From Paraspadella gotoi (taxonomy: Eukaryota > Animalia > Chaetognatha), in assembly GCA_051294375.1 (NCBI GenBank), contig JBJCIZ010000239.1:4531834-4595833 (forward strand): DNA of 64,000 bases, written 5' to 3'. A model generated the notes under the pieces. That model had not been told where the DNA came from, made no database searches, and saw only the letters and a program-made list of their open reading frames with translations. Below, one piece after another: positions 11,130-40,886 of this stretch. The number at the start of each line of letters is the position of its first letter. The stretch's first letter is position 1. Made by a program: the position numbers and the translations under genes.

Positions 11130-13500
11130 CACATCGCAACCCAAGCCCTCGGCGAGGGACTTCCAGCGCACGACACAAAAAATATTCTTGAAAAACCGAA
11201 GCGAAAGGAATCTATGAATAATCGAAACAAGCTAAACATTTGGACAGTTCGGAAAAGAACCATTTTGGTTTAAAAGAAAAAAAAAAAAAATAAAAAAAAA
11301 TTTTCCCCCCATACTTTAAAATTAAATCTACAAGAGCAAGTCCAACTGTCAACGCTCCCAAGTAATTAAATTGCACTAATTTGACAAATCACCTGATGAC
11401 GTTTTGCGTGACAGACTTATTGATCTCGATGAGAGTCGTGCGTGGCCGCATTGCATCTGCCTTTTGAAAAATTACTTGAGGAAGGCGGCCTCCGATTCGC
11501 TCACCGTCAGTTTTGAAAACTGCTCTTTGGGTGGGCGCCAGTTGCGCAAAAGGAGGTTCAGGCACAATAGGAGCGCCCTCCCTCTAGTAAGGGGTCGCTG
11601 TCGAAAGGGAGTCTGTTCTTCTGGATAAATTGAAATCGCATAAAAAACCAGGACGGCATACATTGAAACCAGTTTTTTGTGCAGAAACGATAAATTTAAC
11701 GAACCCAACTGCAATTTCCTAATGATCTGCTCCACTCCTGTGCTCTTTTCATCTGGATGTGCTTACGATCTTTGGAGTAACTTGTCCCAATTTCTTTCAA
11801 TCTTTCTTCCGGTAAGAGCGAGCTGCTCCGGACCAACGTTGGTGAGGCATTCTTTCACGTTTCGGATTTTCGGTTGCTGTAAGAATATTTTGCCCGTGGC
11901 GAACGAAGAAAAGGTGGCGAAGAGGGCCTGATAATAATAGCATTTTTAAAGCGTTTTAGCAAACCAATTTTAACTTTTATTACCTTAAACTTGATTGCTC
12001 TAAAAGCAGTTTTAATATAACATTCGACAACAATTTTTTTCGAATTACTAACCAGTGACTGTTTTTAGCGGTAGTGTCCTTGAGACTCGGAGAAGAAACG
12101 TAAGTGTCGAACAAAAAATCCGCAACAAGTTTGTTATTCAGTTCCTTTTCTTTGGGATAGAAGGAATGTTTCTTTTTCCGCAGCCGTCATTGACATGGCT
12201 TCCCGCTCATCAACGACGATGATCGTCGGGGATAAGTCAAACACGTTTGTCAAATTTTTGAAAACGAGAGGCCAGAAGTAACGAGTTTTTGACTGTCGGA
12301 ACGGCGCCGGGGAGTTCCTCGCGAGCGAAATCGGATCGGAGGATTACTCGCCGCTTCGTTTTCCCATAGGCGGGACTCCATCGCCCAGAAGGAAGGCCTC
12401 CCGTATCTTGGGCGTCGCCCAGAAAGCGGAATTCGTGAACTCGGAGGGAGCGTCCTCGATTTGAAAACTGTGAGCGCGCTGTTGGACGCTGCCGTCATAG
12501 CTCGAGTCTTCATGACCCAAAGAAAATGGCGGCGCTACCCGGCGCGTTACGCTGCACGCCCCGGCGCGAATGAGCGTCAAAGATTTGTATGCGGAAATCA
12601 TATTCAACCGATGTACTTTTAAACTGTCCCTTGGATGAAATTACCATGAATTAGAAAAGGAAAAATTTTCGAAAGAGACACGAGAAAATCTCCGCAAAAT
12701 TTTAAACACGATTAATTTTTTCTAGAAAAACAAAAACATTTTAAATAAATTATCCCTTTTCAATCTTTACAAAAAAGTTACTAATTAGTCTTGATACTTT
12801 TTAATACAGACATGATTGTCCTTTCAAATAAAAAGCCATTATAAGCATAAATTCGGTTTTAAAAAAATTGTCGCCAGAAAACAAACATTCCTATCAATAC
12901 CTCAACGTTCGTAGGGGCTTCTTGCTTTCAACCCCAAACGACGCGGCACACAAAAGTTTGGCGACATATACGGCTTAGAACAAGCCGCCTCCGGCTTATA
13001 CGTCGTAGCCCGATGAGGCTGCCCTTTTCCACATAACCTCGCCGACGGAAAACCACATTAAGAATTTTCTACGCGATCAAAGTTCTTGACTGCGGCTTTC
13101 CTTTTGTAGTTAGTTTGGTCAAAAATACGACCTAATCGGAAATCGTCACGTAAAAAGCAGTCGTCAGGGTAAAAGCGTCCATGAAACATTTAGTCGATCC
13201 CGACATACCGTCGTTATGCTGGAGGTCCCGGAGCTCGCCCAAATCTTTGGCGACCTTCAGAAACAACTCGGCGGGTACAAAGGGGCGCCAATTCGTGCTT
13301 GGCATAATAAAGGAAACAGAGAGACCGCGCCCCGAAACGTTCGAGAAAAGTCTGAAAAATGAAAGATGGCAAATAAACTTGGGCACATTTTTAAACGGAC
13401 GAACGGGCCGGTGGGAAAATTTACCTTGCTAAATAATCCCGCCCATTGTGAATCGCGGAATCGGAGCTTTTCGCCTCCACGAAAGAACCTGGCTACAGAC
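11130..13500 (-). pseudogene. Decayed, intron-interrupted coding region; SAMD3-like accessory ORF of the kind carried by animal CMC/EnSpm DNA transposons
   Basis: GC-richer blocks translate to protein-like sequence with in-frame stops: HSFYPKEKELNNKLVADFLFDTYVSSPSLKDTTAKNSHW (~12060-12175; resembles the SAMD3-like YP..E...VA..L....P.LKD....W motif), ...RALLLCLNLLLRNWRPPKEQFSKLTVSESEAAFLK* (11472-11930) and KWFFSELSKCLACFDYS*IPFASVFQEYFL. Family call is from remembered motifs, not a search. Confidence 0.4.
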
Positions 13501-15139
13501 AAAACAAAAATAAAATTAAAATATTCTGACTTTAACGAATTAATAGAGAGTAAGCAGTTATAAAAAGAAAAAAGAATAAATTGTACAGAGAACAAATTAT
13601 GAGCGAGTAAAAAAAACTCAAGTGACATAATTATAGTAATTGCGAGGTGAAAAAAACGCCACTGCCGCTACAAAAACCCAACCCTAAACAGTCTCAAATA
13701 GTTTCTCGTTACTGTACTAAAAACTTCTCATATCTGATCACCGACGGGCACAAATATTACGAAATTTTTATTAAAATCCTTCATTTGATTTTAGTTTTTT
13801 GTCGTATGTGTTTTAACGATTTAGTTTTAATTAGTGCCCACACGATTTAATGTTAAATTCAAGTCCAAGTCCCCAGTTTGTGGCCCCCGGCACCGAAATT
13901 TTCGGGCGTCTACCAGTGGAACTCAGAGCGTCAGCCTTACGCGCCCCCACGCGCTGTCGGAGGTTTGCGCATATGACACGCCCACATGTCCTGCGTTTTT
14001 CACCCTAGAGGTTTTAATATAAGCGATTAAACTTAAAGGATGTCAAGGTGTGTCTTTCTATTTCATATTCCCTGTAAGGTATGCGTTAATGTTGATATTT
14101 CACGATGTGAACATTATCACCCTTAGCTGCGATAGTTGCGTCGGCGTTCAAGCGCCAATCTTCGAAGCGCGAAGATGCGAAAAACTAGTCGCGAACGCAT
14201 TGGGCCCACGAAATATTTACACACCTGCCGCCGATGAGGAAGGCAGAGGCGTTATTCGTTCCGAGAAAAAAAACAAATTGAAGGACGCCAAATTATTTCT
14301 GACTGCACAGACCAGTTTCCAATTTAGCGGCTGAGCTCTCTTGATAAATTGATCCGACGAACTCGTTTTCCGTCGTGACGGCCGTGTGGATGTGAAAATC
14401 AGAGGCTCTGAATCCAAGAGGCCAAGTTAGATTTTGTTCAGTTTTCAAGGGCCGGACAGCGCTCGACGCTACTAAAAAAATGTTAGAGATAAAACTAATT
14501 GGGAATATTACCGTTATTTTACAAATATTCTATAACCCGTCTTTTTGAACCCTGATAACCAGCAACCCAGCCTTCGTATCCCAGCACGGCTGCGCCAATG
14601 AACGGTTGGTCCGGCAAAATTCAATGTCCACGTCCGTGGCCAAATGCGGATGCTGAAAGAAGATTTTAAGTACGCCAGAAGTCTGTTGCTACTCGCCGGC
14701 GCGCAAGAGAGGAGAAATGTTTCTACAGAGTAGTCAGCCTGATAGAGAGAGGAACGAAGACCGAGAAAGAGAGAGCGAGGGTGGTGCCACAAATGAAAAA
14801 TGATCTTTTTTCCCTCGTCAGAATCGAGGGGAACCCCTCTCCACACGTTTTTGTTTTATCTCAATTTAAGGCAGATATTTATTTCTCTTTGGCATTTGGG
14901 AAAAAAAATGTGCATGAGACCGTCACTTTCGTTTTTTTATCTTCTTCTGGTACTTCTTTCCTCCTCCGTCCCTCCTCGACTCTTCCACTCTATGTATCTA
15001 TTGGGACAGTTTGAAAACTTTTTTCTAGCAAAAAAGACGTATCGTGAGATAAATAAAAGGCAAACGGAATGAGAGACATAAGACTCTCTCGCGACGACTT
15101 CTCCTCTCTCTCTGCGATCCCTCTCTATCTCTCTCTCAT

Positions 15140-18100
15140 CTGAAGGAAAGTAAAGATCAAATGTGAGGAGACTGGAGAGAATGCAGGAGATCGATGAATC
15201 TAAGATTTGAATCTTAAAAGAGACGACATTTAGGTCATCAGGTTTAAGAAACCTGAAATAAAATCTAATAAAGTAATTAATGAATTGAAGTAAATTTAAA
15301 TAAATATTTTAAATAACAAATACTTCTCTGAAAATTAGGAAATTAGCTCGAATATAATATATTAAGAACTTCTCTCAATCTCTATTGTTTTTAATAAAAA
15401 TTTTCCACAGTTCTTGGCTCTTTCAGACCCTATTACTAATACAAAACAACACACTACCCACGAAACACACGGAAAGGAGCTGGATTATACAACCGAACTA
15501 TTAAATTTTAGGAATTAAAATTTTAATTAAGTTATTCAAAAATTAAAAATAATTGACTAATATTATCAAGCGAAGTAGTGATACAGCGAATACAACGCGT
15601 GGGGAAGCCTTAAGAAAAAACCTCAGGGGCTCATCTATTTTTGTTCAACCAGTTATGCGTTATTTGACAATGCTCTCTCGAGACCTCTCTCGGATGCTCT
15701 CTCGCTCATTCTCTCTCTCTCTCTCTCGTCTCTCTCTCTCTCTCTCTCTCTCTTCTCTGCTCTCTCCTTCTCTCTCTCTCTCGTGAAAACAAAATATAAA
15801 TGTCAGAAGAAACGAAAAGAGACAGTAGGAATATGAATATACTTTATTTGATTTATTCGTTTTTCCATGAAAGATCCTTGGTAAAGATTTCAGAACTCAT
15901 TTGATTTGGTCGGTCTATTACGGAGTGCCAGTCGGTGCAGTCGCATATTGACATATATGTTAGGATTGAAATGCCGTTAATAAACGTGTAGTAATAACTG
16001 CCATATTGTTAGATAATTATTACCTGACTGATTAGGTGGAGAGCTTGCGATCAAATATGATGTCAGTGAATGGTACACCATGTTTTTACAGTTCATGGTA
16101 ATCAGAGTAATTATTAGAAATAGTAGTTAAGTGAAGATTTATTACGTGATTAAGCTTAGAGTATCAATGCGAGAAAGTTACTCGCGGTCCGCAACAAAGA
16201 TCAGGAGATAAACTGATTGACGACTTTACCTGATGTAGTTAATCTACTATCGTTTTGCGTTTATTCCCGTCTCGTGAGAGGAAGATTGTTTACTCAACCT
16301 GTTGAATTATGAAATTGAGGATTCTCAACTCCCAAAAAACCAAATAAGGAAAACTAAATTAAAACATCCAATACAAATACTCTTCTAAAGATAGTGAACT
16401 ATGTTAAAACAAACCATAATGCATCGGGTTAGACCCTCAAATATCCTATAAAATGGTTAAGCGAAATTCTTTTATTAGATGATCTAGAGTGTTTGTGCCT
16501 CTCTTTTTATGCGTTTGCTCTGTTATTTTACCGTATTGTTTTCTAAGCAATGTATAGTCAGGTGAAGGAGGGATATACAATATTAGTATTGTTGAGTCGA
16601 GGACAGAAAGAGAAAATCCGATATTTCTTAAAAACCTCAATCTCTCGATTCACCATGATCGTTTAACTTGTCAAAAGTCCGAAAGTTTTTACCTTTTTTT
16701 CCCTTTTATTTTATTAAATTATTTCGATTGACAGTATTAAAAACATGGTATCTCGGTATTATTTATACTTAGTGTCAGGGTGATACTGAAACAAGAAGTG
16801 TCCCATATATCTCGCGCTTAAATGCCGAGTATAGAAACAACAAGATTGGAATTAGAAATTAAAATAACAGACTAGCTGAGGGTACTTCCAAGAAAATTTG
16901 AGAATGCGAAGAAGAATAAAGTTTTTCTCTCCTAGATGCAAACGTCTATTGCTATCAGTGAGAGTAGGGAGGCCAAAAGAAGAAGCACGGGGGAGAAGAG
17001 GAAGAGAGAGAGAAAGGGCTCAAGAAGATTTATATAAAGACCAGTTAGAGGAGGTAAGTAGTAGCCGTATGAAGATGACAAGCTGAGTTTCAACCTAGTA
17101 CTTTGAGAAGAGCTGGCCTAGCGAATTCTGAGAAGAAAAGTGAAGGAAATAAATTTAAATGTGGAAGTCAGGGATAAGGTTGGTAAATACTCCCAGAAAT
17201 GAGTAGTTTGGTGTAGTGAGCAACGCCTCGGAAATGATTAAGGGATACTAGTGATCCGGACATTTGTGCGCGATGTTACTAAAAGTTTTGTAATGAATCT
17301 ACTTCATCGACCCAGATCCCTCTTGGAACAGGCACAGTTCTGTATCTTCCTACGGACTTATACTGAAGCCTTATTCAAACTCTTATCATCCTACTATCAC
17401 AGAGATCTACCTTGTTTTCTCTCATTAAGAATTTAAAAAATTTTCATCTCGATCTATTTTCATATCAGTGGGGACAAATGATTTACTGTCAAGAGATAGA
17501 TAGTTATGCTGGTATCTTTGTCATAATATTTATGCAGATAAGTTGAAGAGTGTTTCTTTTTTATCGATATTAGCAATTTGAAAAGGTATAAGAAGCTGCG
17601 ATTTCTCATTGCTATGATAGAATACACTGAGACATGAGCGTAGTTGTTTATACCACTGTACCAGTTCGCATAATTGCGTTTAGGAGACAAAATGCACTGT
17701 AATAAAGACGAGACTGTGATGCGTGCGTATGTATTGACACCGAGACTTATATATCGGACTGCAGATGCTAGCTGAAAGGGAGAGACGAAGGAGATAGTAG
17801 TGCATACGAGCGCGATTAGGTGGCGGGTTATTTATAGAAGGTACGCAGATTTCCATAAGGAGATAAATATCACAACCTCTAAAGTGTCCAAGCGTGAGGC
17901 ACTCTAAGAGTCCAAAACGGGCCCTTATTAATCAGGGTGAATGACACTGGGCAAAATGAAAGGTACGCAGATCGGAAAGAAAAGTTCTATAAAGTGCAGG
18001 ACAAAGCATTAAAGTGTGTTGAAGAATAGAAGTACGGGAGTTACACTGCGGGTTTTAATGATATATATTCTGTCACAATGGTGGAACGAAACGGAGGGTA

Positions 18101-18600
18101 CCGGACTAGCGATGAGCACATGCGCTCTCCAGCAAGCTCTCTACAGACAAGTCACAAGAACTCTTCAACCAGCTGTGCAAGAAGGAGTAAAGAGTCAACT
18201 GCGGGTTTTAAATAATATTTAAGGACGCTATGATGATAAAGGACAAAGCCATTATTATGCTTATTCATAGATTAAGTATGTTCAACAACTTAGAGATGTG
18301 AAGTCTCAGGACACTCTTATAATATATCATTTCCGCAAAACAGCGACGAACTACGCCAGATCAGGAGCCTCGAATATCCGGAAAAAGAAGATCTGATCGG
18401 CATCTGCACTCTATCATCTGGCTCAGGAGGCAATATATAAGCCTGTGTAAGTTCTTATTTGATTTAGTTCCACAATCGCGGCAACAATTCGGCATCTCGA
18501 TGCAGTTTAATGGTTTTACTTCGTTGCTCGAAGATGGTATGATGAAAGGATATCCGTACATTCTCCCCTCCTCCATAAGTCTTTTCTTGTTCTCTTCTCT
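15140..18600 (+). other. Highly noisy, insertion-inflated duplicate of 7660-9425 (probable raw long-read gap fill)
   Basis: Colinear anchors such as gaatcttaaaagagacgacatt, ttgactaatattatcaagc, ttggtaaagatttcag, caatgcgagaaagttact and aaagacgagactgtg; the copy is about twice as long through scattered insertions. Confidence 0.8.
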
Positions 18601-19075
18601 CTATGCCACTTGCATGTCTACTCCTCCTACTGCTCTACTGCTCTCTCCTCATTCTCTCGTGCTCACTTATCTCAGTGCTCTCTACGTCCTCATCGCTCTT
18701 CATCTCATTTCTCATCGCTCGCGTTAATACAAGGTTCTTCAGTTATCTATCTCCTTCTCGCTCGTTCTTTAACGCGATGACCTAACAAAATAAACAACTG
18801 AGCGTCATTAATAAATTATGAATTTTAGAGGAGAAGAAAAAAAAAAAATAATAATAATTAAAAAAGAATTTTAAATCTTTAAAACGAAAATTCATTTGTT
18901 GTTTTCGAATTTACATATCTCGAAAAACAGGAAAAGTCCGCGGGAACAGTTTGAAATTAAAATAAAAGAGAAAAAAGCAAAATTTCAAACGAGAAAGAAA
19001 AAAAAAAGCAAAACAATAAGCGTACAAAATAAACTGTTTACATACGAACGAAACGTACGAATTTAACAAACAAAA

Positions 19076-35937
<16,862 letters not shown>

Positions 35938-36259
35938 ACGGGAATCGAGTCGACGGAGCCTTGGATTCCCGGAGCCCAAACGGCGCAGCCCGAAAGGCAC
36001 GGTCCCTATCGGTGGTTTCCTTACGAGGGAGAAGGGGTCGAGTATTGAGGAAGAGGAGGAGGAGGAGGAGGAGGAGGATCGAAGACGACGACAACATCTT
36101 TATTAATATCATCGTCATCATCATCATCATCATAATATTAGTCTTAGTAATTATCATCGTCATCCTTATCATCAAGACATCAACATTAACTTCTTCAAAT
36201 TAACATCATTACCATGAACGTCGTCATCATCATCATGATGGTCATGGTAATCTTCAACG

Positions 36260-36314
<55 letters not shown>

Positions 36315-36603
36315 AGTCTTAGTCGTCCTCCAACAACGCAAACCGGGAATTTCTAACCAAAAAAAAATATCGAACAAAAGACTAACAAACGCTAACAATT
36401 CTTTGATTAGACGAAGTTGCTGAAACAACAAAATCAACAACAACAACAACTAAAACAACAGCAATAACAAAGAAATAAAATATATATTCGAGAACGGCAC
36501 GCGTAGTACATTTCGTATCCATGACAAAGTCTAGAATGTGATTCTTTGTCTGCGTCGCAGACTGTGGGACTCTTTCTCTCTCTCTCTCTCTCTCTCTCCT
36601 TCT

Positions 36604-36684
<81 letters not shown>

Positions 36685-36907
36685 CGCCCTCTTCCTTCCC
36701 TGTCCCTTTTTTTGAGTTGCTTGGAGTGTAATTTTTTATGGGATCTATACATTTAAATTTAATCCAATTTACTATGAGATTTGTTTAAAATTTTTGTCTT
36801 AGACATTGTAATCCTTTCGTTTCGTTGTGATTAATATTTAGAAAAAAGTTTGAAATAATTTCGACAACGATTTATTGTTTCAAAATACTTCGTTGTCGAA
36901 TTTCTTT

Positions 36908-37058
36908 TTTAATGTAAAAAATATTTAACGTCTTAAAGAATTACTTTTAATGTAAAAATATTTAACGTCTTAAAGAATTACTTTTAATGTAAAAATATTT
37001 AACGTCTTAAAGAATTACTTTTAATGTAAAAATATTTAACTGTCTTAAAGAACTACTT
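36908..37058. repeat. 37-bp tandem repeat, 4 copies
   Basis: tttaatgtaaaaatatttaacgtcttaaagaattact repeated. Confidence 0.9.
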
Positions 37059-37840
37059 TCAAAAACCGTTTTTGATTCCGTTTTTGCTTTTCTTAAATAT
37101 TTCGCGGGAAGTTTAAAAAAAATTATTTAATTGATAAAAAAATTTTGTCGACGATAATTCGCTAATTTGCTCAATCAATTAATGTGCCAAACTATTATTT
37201 TTTTTAAATAATGTAAATGACTACATTACTCTATTTTGTATTTGTGGCTTGAAAAGCACTTTTGACACTATTTTCCGAAAGAACCCCATTTCTGTTCCTT
37301 GATTATTAAACTTAATCTATACCTTTATTCCTTAATCTCTATACCTTTATCACAAAACTTAATCCTTAATCCTTAACCTAATCCCTAACCATAGTCCCTA
37401 ACCTAGTTCTTAAAATTAAAATTAATCTTTAAACTTAAAAAAAAATAATTTAACTCAAAGTTTAAGCTGAAATGGAGCGTTTTTGGAAAATGTGGCCTAT
37501 GTCGCATGGACAAGGCAGACGTTTTATTGTTCACGCTCAAAAGATAACAATATTTTAAGCGGTATTACTTAATTTGTATTTTAACGCTCCACGATTTAAT
37601 GAGAGTATTTTTCTATCGATTTACCATTTAAATTATTTTTTTGGTTTTGTTAAAATAAATTGTAGATAATCTCTCCCCCCTCTTGTTACAATGTCATAAA
37701 TTACCCATAAAAAATGTATAATTTTGATGACGTGACCGGGAATACCAACGCTACTTTAACATTGTGGTTCCGTGAGTTTTTTTGCGTCAGTTTTCTAACT
37801 TTTATTAACTTTGGATCCCAGAGTAGACTTACTACCTGTT

Positions 37841-37899
37841 GGTTAACCTGGTGAGTTAACCTGGTTAACCTGGTTAACCTGGTTAACCTGGTTAACCTG
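37841..37899. repeat. 9-bp tandem repeat (GGTTAACCT)n built on a palindromic GGTTAACC core
   Basis: Read directly. Confidence 0.85.
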
Positions 37900-38367
37900 A
37901 CCCGTCACTCTTTTGCAAGAACCGTTCCGATAGGACGAGAACCTGCGACCATGCTGGGAGATGAAGCGTTAGCATTAAGGCCTTTTTTTCCTAGCGGGTA
38001 GTGATAAAATAATAATAATATTAATAAAATAATACTAATAATAATAATAAAATAATACTTTCTTTTCATTTTTAAAGTGATGACTCTGTACTTTGTAATC
38101 TGTAAACTGCCGCCGGGATAAGATTGAAAAAAAAAGTTTTCCCTTAATAATTATCATTAATTATTGTTTTCCCTTAATAATTATTATTAATTATTGTTTT
38201 TTTTCTTCCTTTGTCCAATCCCGAAAGTTTTCCTTCTCGTTAAACCGTGATCCGTGAACAACAACGCTGTTGCTAAATATAATTTTTTTTTGAATTTGAA
38301 AAAAAAAACTTTAAAAACATCGTGCGTTTTATATTTTGAGGAAGAGAAAGGGCCGGGAAGAAATAGA

Positions 38368-38407
<40 letters not shown>

Positions 38408-39507
38408 AGAGAGAAGAGTGAGAGAGAGAGATAGAAGAGACAGAGAAGAAAAAAATTGAGAAATTTTTAAAAATTCATAATTATCAACTTTAAGCTTAGT
38501 GTGATAACGTATATTTAATCTCATTAGAGCTTTAGAGGTTTCTACGTTCGACAAAAGAGCACAGTCTGAAACGGCACAAAAGATCCGTCCGATGTCGCTA
38601 CCGTTCATTCCCTGCGATAGTAAACAAGAAAGAAAACAAATGACACACACACACAAAAAAAATTGATTCCGTGAATTACGAATCTCCAGGAAAATAAATT
38701 TCTCCGTTTACATTTTTAATTCGAATGGAAATAATTTTAATATTTGTTTGTAGAAATTTGAATAACTACTGGGATTAATCATTGAAAAACAGAAACGAGG
38801 TACCTTTGGAAAATAGTGCTCAATCATCACTCCCCTTAAACCCTCAAGCCGCCCTATAAACCAATACTCACCCCCCCCCTTCCCTCGCCCTACAAATCCT
38901 CGTCATCCTGATGGGGAAATAATAAATTAAAATGAATATCGATTGATCTGTCCTCCTCTACTCTCTCTCTCGTCTCTCTCTCTATCTTCCTTTATATTCT
39001 CTTTTTTTTTCTCCTCCATTTTTCCTTTTAACCCTTTCCAACCTCGTTTCCTAATTTTTATCTACTTTCCTACTTTTTCTCTTCTCTAAGTATTATTTTT
39101 ATTTTTTTATATTATTTCCTTTTACTCACAGACCGTTTCTTTTCCTCACTTACTTCTCTTCTCTTGTTTCCTCCTACCTTCATTTTTTGTTTAGCTTTTC
39201 TTATCTTTTCTTATCTCTTATCTTTTTTATAAATTCATTTCGTTTAAGATTTCTCCCTACAAAAGCCAAAAAAACTTTTAAAATAATGTGGGGATGATAA
39301 ATTATAAATATATTATTATATATATTATAAATCATATCCTTAGCAATCTGAGTTAGATCTCTCTGTCTCTGTCTCTCTCTCTCTCTCTCTCTCACGTACA
39401 TCCTGAAAAAAGTTTAATTTGACCTATTGTAAAATATTTTCCAAGATTTTAGATGATTAGTTTTGGCGGCCATAGATTAAAGTTGGTAGAATAGAGAGAG
39501 AGAGAGG

Positions 39508-39560
<53 letters not shown>

Positions 39561-39864
39561 ATGGCTGCCTCTCTTAACAGGGGAAAGAGTGCAAGCGAAA
39601 GAATTTGTCTCTAGTAATGGAAGAAGGAACATAATTAATCTCGGGTTTCGCCTCTTTTTCGAAAACAGTGGGAGGTTAGAGAAGGCATTGTCGCGGAAAC
39701 AGTTCGGATTTTTGGGAACAATATAAAACATAACAAAACATAACAAAAGATAACATACCAAACAACAAAATATAACATTACAGTTAATCATTGAATCATA
39801 CTCTCATACTGCTTTAGAGGGGCGCATAATGTAGTTCATAATGTAGTTCATACAATTTAATTAT

Positions 39865-39910
<46 letters not shown>

Positions 39911-39927
39911 CTCTCTCTCTCTCTTCT

Positions 39928-39962
<35 letters not shown>

Positions 39963-40835
39963 CCGGTTCTCGAAGTTCTCTCGTTCCTTTTTTTCCCGAC
40001 AGTCACAAACCGTTAGCGCCGTTAACAGTGGTAATGGTTATCGTTAACGGATTCCTCGTCGTCGTCGCCATCATCGTCGTCGTCGTCTTCGCCATAAATC
40101 ATGCGTTTTGCTGATGTCAGGTTTTTTCCTCGCACCCGGTAATTTTTTTCCATCTTTTTAGTCACGGCTGTAACCTGGACTCAATAAGAGTAAGACGTTT
40201 TTTTCTGTATATTTCGGAATTTTATTTTGTTGGTCTGTCTGTATTTTCGCTGTCTCTTTATCTCTCTTTTATTCCACAGAGATTACGTTACACTGAGATT
40301 TGAAAGTAAAATTCGTTACGGTAATAAGCTCCGACGTCTAAATTATACAATTTGGCCAAATTTTCCAAAAGTGTATGTATGTATGTATATATTTTGTAAA
40401 AGCTTAGAGTTAAATATACGGATTAAATTTATGTTTAAGAATTGGGAACGAAATTGAAGATCTTTCAAAATATAGGGCCCTAAATTTCAGGCATCAAAAA
40501 GGTAACTAAAACCATCCGTGACTCATGGTTCACTCTGTGATGTGAGCTTGTTTTTCTTTCGCTTTTCCGATTTTCACCCAAAAGCGAATCTGATTTTTTT
40601 GTGATTTCACGATATTTTTTTGCAATTTCTTCTTTCTCTCTAGTAACGGGTAAGGACATGAACTAAAGTGATGATGCTTACCTCAAAAAATTAGCTCGAA
40701 TGTTTCCAAAAATTTTTGAGTGGTTCCAAACTGATACGATGACTTTACAATGACTCGGTTTGATGATGAGCAACAAGACAGTGTTGGAAAGGTGATTCTT
40801 CATGAAACCACCCCCAACAACAGGACGAGAGAGAA

Positions 40836-40886
<51 letters not shown>

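Noticed and set aside
11160-11930. In-frame TAA/TAG as evidence of a reassigned genetic code
   Set aside because: Long clean host exons contain no in-frame TAA/TAG; decay of a TE-derived ORF or sequencing error is simpler
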